DNA of 64,000 nt from contig OY762007.1 of assembly GCA_963665115.1 (NCBI GenBank), positions 4,224,001 to 4,288,000 of the forward strand, in the 5' to 3' direction. The position numbers and the translations under genes are program-made. The stretch comes from an uncultured Rivularia sp. Lineage in GTDB: Bacteria > Cyanobacteriota > Cyanobacteriia > Cyanobacteriales > Nostocaceae. The notes beneath the pieces were generated by a model. It did no database searches. It saw nothing but the letters and a program-made list of their open reading frames with translations, and was not told the DNA's origin. Below, in pieces: positions 56,151-64,000 of this stretch. Numbering within the stretch: position 1 is the first letter of the stretch; every line of letters starts with the position of its first letter.

Positions 56151-57986
56151 TACTCAACATTAAAATCAAATTCTGCTTTCCCTTGATGTTTGGGGGTCTT
56201 TGATTTTAACTACGACATCCCATTTCCCTTTCATCCCAAAGTGGGTATCGACTTTGAAGCGTCCGGGTTGTGAGTCGGGTTGGACTTCTACCATTGATGT
56301 CATTGGAGCCATATTTTTCATGGGCATGGTTACTTTCACGTCTAGGTTTTCTACTGCTATGGATTTATTAGTTTTTTTATCTAAAATTTCTAAAATTAAT
56401 TCTGCGCTACCTTTTTTAACTGGGTTTTTAGGACTGATTAATTTGATTTGTGCGTTTCCTTGGGATGTATTATTCCGCTTTGCTAGAGTTTCTCCAGATT
56501 CGTCAACTACAGATACTTTTTGATTTTCGATTAGTCTGGAATGTCCGGAGGTAATTACCATGTCACCGGGTTTTAAACTGCTGGTAATTTCAATTTGTTC
56601 GCCGCTGACTAATCCCGTATTTACTGTTTTGCGTAAAGCTGTTTCTCCATCAACTACCCAAACTGCTGTTTTATCTTTAAATTGAGTTAAAGCAGATTGG
56701 GGTACTGATAAAGCGTTTGGTTGACGCTCGGTAATAATTTGCATTTCCAGAAATTGCCCGGATAGCAATTGATTGCCGGGATTGTTAACAACGGCTTCGA
56801 TGGTAACGGTGCGGGTGTTGTCGTTGGTTTGCGGAAATATGCTGGTAATTGAAGCTGTAATTTCTTTAACGTTGCTACCGGGAACTTTGGCGACGATGGG
56901 AGTCCCGACTTGTATTTTCGCTGCATCTCGCTGGGAAACGTTAGCACGCAGACGTACACGCTGATAGTCGCCTATTTTAAGAATTCCCATACTTGGCTGC
57001 ACTACCACACCGGGATCTACCATCCTTTCTTGAACGATACCGGCGATGGGTGACTGGATTTTGGTATATCCTTTCATAATTGAGGCAGTAGCACTTTTTG
57101 CTCTGGCTTGCTTAACATTACTGCGAGCGCTGCGAACCTGAGCTTCTAACCGTCTTATTTTTACTTGTGCTGTTTTTAACGCAGCTTGGGCGGTTTTAGC
57201 TTTAGTATTTTCAATATCGTATTGGTCTTGAGAAATTGCGCCTTCTTTGACTAACAAAGCATAGCGATCGCGTTTCTTTTCTTGATATTCTAATTCGGCT
57301 TTTAGTCGCGCAATCTCTTGTCGTTGCTCGTTTACTTCGATTTGCGATGCTTCTAATTCAGTTTCCATCGAATCGGCTTGGGCGGCGGCTTCGGCTACTT
57401 GAGTTAATTTTTCAGCAGCATCGAGTGTCGCTAATGGTTGTCCGGAAGTAACTTTGTCTCCAGGATACACTGAGTAATTAGTAAGCTGTCCGGCTATCCG
57501 GGGATACACGGTAACTTCTTGGTAAGGATGAATCGAACCAGTATACTGAACGCTAGCCGAAAGTAAACTCGGTTTGACTACTTTCACAGTTACGGGAGTT
57601 GGATTAAACGAGCCGTTGACCTGCATCATATCGTCGTGGGACATATTCGACATATCATGTCCTTCCATCCCAGCCATTGACGAAGCAGGTTTTAACTGAT
57701 TGGTAACTGCTAAGATACCTCCGGAAAGCAAGACGAAAATGCCAATACCTAAAAGTGTTTTCCCCGGACGCAGCGAAGATTCCACGGGTTTTTTATCCTC
57801 CTTGCGAGAACGTTTAAGTAAAAATCCACCGACAATTGTTAACAAACCAACTAGAAAAATTCCTCCACCCAGCAAAGTTGTGTGAGTTAGTAAATTGTTA
57901 TCGGGTGCGCCACCATGATTCATTCCCTCGTGACTTTCCGACGGTTTCATTTGGGACAGAATTACAGGTGTTGCTGTGAAAGGCAT
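56150..57986 (-). CDS. RND periplasmic adaptor with Met/His-rich segments and a C-terminal YtkA-like domain (frameshift near 56194)
   Basis: GDKVTSGQPL, IQSPIAGIV, LKPGDMVITSG; a one-G correction gives HQGKAEFDFNVE-stop. Confidence 0.85.
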
Positions 57987-58046
57987 GGTTAAGGAGCAAT
58001 TGCGGTTTACATATCCACTTACATTTGCCCATGATGCCAGCTAATT

Positions 58047-58063
58047 ATGAAATTGGGATGAAA
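58047..58063 (-). promoter_or_regulatory. TTTCAT-N5-TTTCAT box upstream of the RND operon
   Basis: atgaaattgggatgaaa. Confidence 0.75.
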
Positions 58064-58255
58064 TTTCTTGTTCGTGGTTTGCAGAAATAATTATGCACCC
58101 CCTCACAGCAATTTTTGAGGTATGCAACGCAGCGTGAAGGCTTTGTATAGCGTCTGTAAAGTATGCAAGTGCTACTAATAACTGTCAAAATAGAAGGTTA
58201 GTATAAAAATAAAATTATTAACTTAAAAAATAGATAATTTTAACCATTTAAAAGA

Positions 58256-59512
58256 CTATACTCTAAACACAATTGCGGGGTCTACTTTGCTGACTTTCTG
58301 AATTGCAAATAAGGCGGAACCAATACACATCAAGACAGTTATGCCAAAAACCCCAATAGCTGTTAATGGAGTAATTAAAATTACAATACCTTGAGTTGCT
58401 GAAGTCCAAGCACCTACCCCTAAGCAAAGCAACATTCCTGGAATATAACCAAGAATTGACATCCATAGAGCTTGCTCAATGATTACGCCATATATCACCC
58501 TGTTTGATGCCCCCATAGCTTTGAGCGTGCCAAATTCTTTTAAATGGTCGGTGACTGCTGAGTATAGAATTTGACTAACAATCACAACTCCTACAACCAC
58601 ACCAACTCCTGCACCCAAACCTAAAATAAATCCAATTCCCGTGGATTTTTGCCAATAAATTTGTATTTTTTCAGATAATTCTGCTGTCGTATATGCTTTA
58701 GTTTCTGGGAAAGTGGCTTCTAAGCGTTTTTTTAATTGTTGAATATTTTGACCTGGCTGTGCCTGAATCAATACGTAAGATATGGGCGAATTTAAGCTTA
58801 ATTGTGGTGGTGGTTCGTTCTGCGATTGTTGTTTCTTAGCATCAGCATCTTTATCTTTTTTGTAAACGTTGCGACACTGAAGTTCTTCTCCAACCCAGGT
58901 ACAGTTAACGTTTGTAGTAACGCTAGCATTAAGGTAGGCATTTGCAGTGTCTAAAGAAGTAAATAAAAAGGGACTTGAAACAACTGATTGAGTATCTTGG
59001 GTTAAGCCGATTACTTGTACTGGTAATGAGCCAATTTGACCCATATCTCCAATTTTTTTTATTTGGAGAGACTTTAAATTACTTTTATCAATTATTGCTG
59101 TATAGGGATTTTCCAGAGATTTGACGTTATTATTAACCGTGTTTCCAGGTACAAATAATTTTCCCGTAGGCGAAAATCCGTATATCTTAACCACATTGAT
59201 TTTGCCACCAGGTACACTCCAATTAGCCGCACCCTGAAGCAATGCTTCGGCTCTTTTTACACCATCAACTTTTTTAGCTCTAACGGCATAATCAAACAGA
59301 AGTGGTCGCGTCAGTTCAAGTTGTATCATCTTATCCGATGCTAACCAGATATCGGCTGGGGAATTTTCGACTAAAGCTACAGTAGAACGAATAACCCCAT
59401 TCAAGACTCCAGTTTGAATAGTCACTAAGCTGACAGCAAACATGATTCCCGCTTGAGCTACTAAAAAGCGCGGAATGTCTTCAAACAGGTTTTTGCGAGC
59501 AATAGAAACCAT
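58256..59512 (-). CDS. FtsX/DevC-like ABC permease
   Basis: SIARKNLFEDIPRFLVAQAGIMFAV, EFGTLKAMGAS, VDPAIVF. Confidence 0.85.
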   Translation of the reverse strand: MVSIARKNLFEDIPRFLVAQAGIMFAVSLVTIQTGVLNGVIRSTVALVENSPADIWLASDKMIQLELTRPLLFDYAVRAKKVDGVKRAEALLQGAANWSVPGGKINVVKIYGFSPTGKLFVPGNTVNNNVKSLENPYTAIIDKSNLKSLQIKKIGDMGQIGSLPVQVIGLTQDTQSVVSSPFLFTSLDTANAYLNASVTTNVNCTWVGEELQCRNVYKKDKDADAKKQQSQNEPPPQLSLNSPISYVLIQAQPGQNIQQLKKRLEATFPETKAYTTAELSEKIQIYWQKSTGIGFILGLGAGVGVVVGVVIVSQILYSAVTDHLKEFGTLKAMGASNRVIYGVIIEQALWMSILGYIPGMLLCLGVGAWTSATQGIVILITPLTAIGVFGITVLMCIGSALFAIQKVSKVDPAIVFRV

Positions 59513-59640
59513 TTGAATTGAAAATTGTTAAGAACTAATTCTGCAAAAAAGCTTCAACATATTGAAAATTTGAATTTAAAAAGACTTTAATAAAGACACG
59601 AGAATGAACTGCTTTCTTGCAGAAGTAACTTTAGTTAAAC

Positions 59641-59722
59641 AATGTCAAGAACTCGGAAAGATTACAATGCCTTTATTTAGTTACAGTTCTAAAAGGCGGA
59701 ATCTTATCAAGTTCTTGACACT
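59641..59722. promoter_or_regulatory. Two divergent AATCTT-N5-GTTCTTGACA boxes
   Basis: 59641-59663 (minus) and 59700-59722 (plus); third copy at 62376-62398. Confidence 0.65.
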
Positions 59723-59764
59723 TCAAAAGTAAGTTAATAAGCAGGTAATTTACTATAAAATCAA

Positions 59765-61477
59765 ATGACAAGCCTTTCTTTGTCAGTTCTGGCTGCTTAT
59801 GCTTCCTATCACAAAGTTAAGTTAACTCGTAAAACTCTTCAGGTCTATACAGTCCAAGAGCGGTTTTTGCTTAATCTCCTCAAAGCCCACCAAAACACTG
59901 AAATGGGGAGAAACTTGGGATTAAGCAGCATTAAAACTATTGGTCAATTTCGCCAGCAAGTTCCGATTCTGCCTTATGAAAGCTACGAGCCTTACGTTAA
60001 ACGCATCAGCCAAGGAGAGAAAAATGTTCTCAATCCTGAACCAGTAGTCTATATTAATCTGACCAGTGGTTCCACTGGAAACAAAAAGCAAGTGCCTGTG
60101 ACTCGCACTTTTCAAGCTTCCTTACGACGGGCAGATTTAGCTAGTATGGGCTTTGCAATCGAATTGCTACAGCAGCGGGGGCTAGAGTTTGGCAAAACGC
60201 TGCTCCCTAACTCGGCGAATTTACAAGGAATTACAAATGGTGGTATTCCTTACGGTCCGGTGAGTGTGGGCAGTATTCGCAAGGGTAAGTTTCTGTTTGA
60301 GCAAGCTTTTGTGCATCCCTTTGAAGCGCTCAAAATTGCCGATAGTCTTGCTAGACATTATGTCTGCCTGCTATTTGCCCTGCGAAATCGAGATATGCGG
60401 GGATTTACGGCTAATTTTCCGATGTTGGTTTTGCGTACCTGCGGCTATCTAGAACGCTACGGGGAAGACTTAATTAATGACCTAGAAACTGGTGCGATCG
60501 CCTCTTGGTTAAAATTAGAACCGCATATTCGCGCCAAGCTAGAGCGTAAATTATTCCCAGTATCAGAAAGAGCCGCAGAGCTAAGGCAAATCCTCGAAAC
60601 AGAGGGAAGACTTACGCCGAAGCAAGTATGGTCTGGTTTATCCTACATTCTCACGGCTCAAGGAGGAACATCGGACTTTTATTTGCAGCATTTCCCGCAT
60701 TACTTTGGAGATACTCCTGTGTTTGGTGGTGTCTACGGTTCGGCGGAAGCTACATTTAGCGTTTATCATAAATTCAATTCCGAAAGTGGCATCCTGGCAA
60801 TTGAAAGCGGGTTTTTTGAATTTATTCCCCAAGAACAGTGGGAAGTCGAAAATCCTCAAACTTTTCTGGCAACAGAAGTACAGCCTGGAAAACTTTACCG
60901 CATTTTAGTTACAAGCTACAGTGGTTTTTACCGTTATGACATTGGCGACGTTGTAGAAGTAGTAGGATTTTATAATCAAGCTCCCTTGATTGCCTTTCGC
61001 TACCGTCGGGGTGGACTGCTATCTTCCACGACCGAAAAGACAACTGAATGTCACGCAATTGGGGTAATGCAAGCACTCCACCAAGAGTTTAATCTGCGCT
61101 TAGATGATTTCTGCATCACACTTTCAGAGCAGGAATTTCCCGCTCATTATATAGTTAATATCGAACTGGCTGCGGGAGAAACATTAAGTAATCCCCAAGC
61201 GTTCCTGAATCGTTTTGAGTATTGGCTCAAACAGATAAATACTCCTTACGGAACCGTGCGTGAGGGACAAGTACCACCACCTATATTAAGAATTTTAAAA
61301 CAAGGCAGTTTTAATATTGTTCGTCAGCGACAGTTAAAAAAAGGTATGCCTGATTCTCAACTCAAGTTACCCCACATCACTGAAGACCGTTCGTTTTTAG
61401 CTGAACTCCCTATCGAATATGAAGTCACATTATCTGATGAATGTGTCAATCAAATTCTCTATCCTCTTGCTGATTAA
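59765..61477 (+). CDS. GH3 family acyl-adenylate/amide ligase
   Basis: TSGSTGNKK.VP, YGSAE, FFEFIP, YRYDIGDVV. Confidence 0.88.
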   Translation: MTSLSLSVLAAYASYHKVKLTRKTLQVYTVQERFLLNLLKAHQNTEMGRNLGLSSIKTIGQFRQQVPILPYESYEPYVKRISQGEKNVLNPEPVVYINLTSGSTGNKKQVPVTRTFQASLRRADLASMGFAIELLQQRGLEFGKTLLPNSANLQGITNGGIPYGPVSVGSIRKGKFLFEQAFVHPFEALKIADSLARHYVCLLFALRNRDMRGFTANFPMLVLRTCGYLERYGEDLINDLETGAIASWLKLEPHIRAKLERKLFPVSERAAELRQILETEGRLTPKQVWSGLSYILTAQGGTSDFYLQHFPHYFGDTPVFGGVYGSAEATFSVYHKFNSESGILAIESGFFEFIPQEQWEVENPQTFLATEVQPGKLYRILVTSYSGFYRYDIGDVVEVVGFYNQAPLIAFRYRRGGLLSSTTEKTTECHAIGVMQALHQEFNLRLDDFCITLSEQEFPAHYIVNIELAAGETLSNPQAFLNRFEYWLKQINTPYGTVREGQVPPPILRILKQGSFNIVRQRQLKKGMPDSQLKLPHITEDRSFLAELPIEYEVTLSDECVNQILYPLAD

Positions 61478-61680
61478 AAGTTTAAAAAACCTTAATATTA
61501 GGTCAGAGTAGTCATCGTAATACCCGATCTTGTGAAGTAAAAATAAGTATATTGTTCTGTACGTTAAACTCCGTGCAGAGTCAGTTTGCCAAGAAAAACT
61601 TAGTCAGTAAAAAATACTGAAGGGGAATGAAGAGCAATGGGAGTTTTATTAATTTATCCTTACTTGTAACTCTTTAATCT

Positions 61681-62091
61681 ATGAAAAAAAACAGCACGTT
61701 CCAAAATTGGAAACAAAGAGTTAGACAGCTAAAAGGGGAAACCTCTGCTCTTTATTATGCTAGCAAAGACCCAAGAACACCTTGGTATACTAAATTTCTT
61801 GCTATATGTGTAGTTGCTTATTTATTCAGTCCGATTGATTTGATTCCGGATGTAATTCCTATACTGGGTTATTTAGATGATTTGATATTAATACCGTTGG
61901 GAATTTTTTTACTTTTGAAGCTAATACCTAAAACTGTAATGGATGAATCTCGTGAAAAGGCAAAAATAATTGAGAATACACCAAACAGCAAATTTATCAC
62001 AATAATTATAGTTTGCATCTGGATATTTACCGGAATGCTAACAGTTTTTTTAATTCATAGTTTGTTCCAAAATAGTAAAAAATCATTTTAA
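61681..62091 (+). CDS. DUF1232 (YkvA) membrane protein
   Basis: DPRTPW.., YLFSPIDLIPDVIPILGYLDD. Confidence 0.88.
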   Translation: MKKNSTFQNWKQRVRQLKGETSALYYASKDPRTPWYTKFLAICVVAYLFSPIDLIPDVIPILGYLDDLILIPLGIFLLLKLIPKTVMDESREKAKIIENTPNSKFITIIIVCIWIFTGMLTVFLIHSLFQNSKKSF

Positions 62092-62501
62092 CGATTAATG
62101 TTCGTGTTGTTTCACCTTGCAATTAAATTATTTTTGAAACTGAAATTTGTCGAGACTAAAACTGAAGTAAGTTACAAGTTATGTCTTTGAAACAGAATGA
62201 TTTCTAATTAGATGTTTAATGAATAACTGACATCGCCTTGTTTAAGTAGAAAAAACAAATTACTGGTAAAATCCTGGTTATGGTAGTTCATGGGAAGCGG
62301 CTAAAGTATGGATTATAAATCATATTTTTTTGATTATTAATATCATTTTATAAAAATTTACAAAATGTGAATATAAATCTTCCCAACTTCTTGACATTTA
62401 AGTTTTATTGTGAAATAACAAACCGAATTCAACACTATAAAATTGTTTTACCATAAACTAATATGCTTGATTTTATTGGTAAGAAGGTAAAAGCTGAAAC
62501 C

Positions 62502-63182
62502 ATGAAAATCTTAATTGTGGAAGATGATAGCCGAATAGCTAAAGCGCTGGCTGAAGATTTAAGACATCAACATCATGTAGTTGATATTGCTCCCGATGGA
62601 ATTGAGGGATGGAATTATGCTCAAACAACTGAGTATGACTTAATACTATTAGATTTGTTGCTACCGCGCTTAGATGGTGTTAGTCTTTGCAAAAAATTGC
62701 GAGCAGATAGATGTAATGCTCTAATTTTGATGTTAACATCCAAAGATACTACCACTGATAAAGTAATTGGACTGGATGTCGGAGCAGATGACTATTTAAT
62801 AAAGCCCTTTGAATTAGAAGAATTAGCCGCACGAATTCGCGCTTTATCCCGTAGAACTCCAGAATTTAAACCACCAATTTTAACTCACGGTAAACTACAA
62901 ATTGACCCCAATAGTAGCGAAGTTTTTTATGCAGGCAATGCTCTTTATTTGACACCCAAAGAATACTTAATTTTAGAATACTTTCTGCGCCATACCCAGC
63001 AAGTTTTAACCCGTTCGGCAATTCTTGAAAAACTTTGGGAATTCGACAAATTTTCTGGAGAAGGAACGGTGAAAACTCATATTACCAACTTGCGTAGTAA
63101 ACTCAGAACTGCTGGAAGTCCAGATAATTTAATTGAAACAGTCTATGGTGTGGGTTATCGTTTAGGCGCGGTTGATGATTAA
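62502..63182 (+). CDS. OmpR-family response regulator
   Basis: MKILIVEDD, DLLLP, GADDYLIKPF, ETVYGVGYRL. Confidence 0.9.
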   Translation: MKILIVEDDSRIAKALAEDLRHQHHVVDIAPDGIEGWNYAQTTEYDLILLDLLLPRLDGVSLCKKLRADRCNALILMLTSKDTTTDKVIGLDVGADDYLIKPFELEELAARIRALSRRTPEFKPPILTHGKLQIDPNSSEVFYAGNALYLTPKEYLILEYFLRHTQQVLTRSAILEKLWEFDKFSGEGTVKTHITNLRSKLRTAGSPDNLIETVYGVGYRLGAVDD

Positions 63183-63218
63183 AAAAGTTTAGAAAATGTT
63201 ATCAACACCCTTCAAGTA

Positions 63219-64000
63219 ATGTTTCAGAAAATTCGCGATCGCCTACTTTTATCTAACTTAATTGTTTTTGCAATTGTTCTAGGAGGATTTGCAATTGTTG
63301 TGCGAGTTGTTTTTGTTCGCAGCCTCAATCAGCAAGTCATAGATAAACTTGTAGTTTTAGGACAAGGTGTAACTGTAGATGCAGAATTAGAAGCAGGAAA
63401 ACTAGATGTTGATGAACATTGGCAAGTTAGAGATTTAGATGCTCGTCAAGGTGGCATACAATGGTTTGATACTCAAGGTAATTTACTCAAGCAGCAAGGT
63501 AAATACATTTTAAATTTACCTTTGAATCCAAATACAACCGTGCAAAAACAAACTGAAGAAGAACGAAAAATTCAAGCAGTAACCTTACCAGTTTTGGATA
63601 ATGAAACTCAACAAAAAATTGGTTATATCAGAGTCAGTCAATCTTTAGAAGAGTTTGATGAAACTATCCAAAAATTAGACTTTGGTTTAGGTTCTGGCGT
63701 AATTTTTGCTTTATTTTTAAGCGGATTTGGGGGATTGTGGCTTAACCGTCAATCAATGCAGCCAATTGAAGAAAGTTTTGAACGTCTCAAGCAATTTACT
63801 GCTGATGCTTCTCATGAATTACGCAATCCTTTGATGGCAATTAAAAGTAGTGTCGCAGTCGCTTTGAAGTATCCAGAAGGAATGAGAACTATTGATGAGG
63901 AAAAATTTACCGCTATTGCCAGCGCCACCAATCAAATGACTCAATTAACCGAAGATTTACTACTTCTAGCACGCACGGATAAAATTGCCGATATCGAGCG
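63219..64000 (+). CDS. Sensor histidine kinase, partial (runs off the window; not in the ORF track)
   Basis: MFQKIRDRLLLSNLIVF... two TMs, then LKQFTADASHELRNPL. Confidence 0.85.
   Translation, partial: MFQKIRDRLLLSNLIVFAIVLGGFAIVVRVVFVRSLNQQVIDKLVVLGQGVTVDAELEAGKLDVDEHWQVRDLDARQGGIQWFDTQGNLLKQQGKYILNLPLNPNTTVQKQTEEERKIQAVTLPVLDNETQQKIGYIRVSQSLEEFDETIQKLDFGLGSGVIFALFLSGFGGLWLNRQSMQPIEESFERLKQFTADASHELRNPLMAIKSSVAVALKYPEGMRTIDEEKFTAIASATNQMTQLTEDLLLLARTDKIADIE

Larger units (their letters stand above)
3207..64000. mobile_element. hupS-interrupting integrative conjugative element (far end beyond the window)
   Basis: Starts at the hupS break next to a serine recombinase; contains replication, T4SS, relaxase, partition and cargo modules; no 5' hupS seen anywhere in the window. 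Confidence 0.75.

Noticed and set aside
2664..60908. Many short ORFs overlapping longer genes (e.g. 2664-2939, 7826-8074, 17783-18133, 34354-34662, 54221-54478, 56200-56523)
   Set aside because: Antisense or alternate-frame shadows of well-supported CDSs, with no motifs.
2350..63243. Recurrent GCGATCGC
   Set aside because: HIP1, ubiquitous in cyanobacteria; useful only as a host indicator.
1..64000. tRNA, rRNA, IS transposases, phage structural genes
   Set aside because: None recognised by eye; a tRNAscan/Rfam run would be needed to exclude them formally.

Overview
AT-rich DNA from a heterocyst-type filamentous cyanobacterium, inferred from frequent HIP1 GCGATCGC, heptamer STRR repeats and hupSL. 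The uptake-hydrogenase operon is cut twice. hupL (minus strand, start 2947) stops at the known hupL-element recombination sequence CATAGCAGTTATATGG (2437-2452), so 1-2436 is the end of a hupL interruption element. Only the last 42 codons of hupS are present (3076-3204, in a frame the ORF track missed). Immediately beyond the hupS break are an NtcA-like box and an XisF-like large serine recombinase, opening an element that runs past the window end (>60 kb). The element looks like a complete integrative conjugative element. It carries an antirepressor and primase-helicase flanked by two structured non-coding regions, a cyanobacterial T4SS with VirD4, a MobV relaxase, a ParMRC-like partition locus and mob helpers. 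It also encodes a 1.27-kaa single-subunit two-barrel RNA polymerase with eukaryotic RdRP/YonO-type motifs, an adenine MTase with a 126-bp palindromic repeat array, and a decayed recD2. A metal/copper cargo island follows, with several readable regulons and a GH3/ABC/two-component module. About a dozen +1 frameshifts, mostly at GAC/GTC next to C/G runs, are probably sequencing artefacts. All protein calls are from motif recognition, not database searches.
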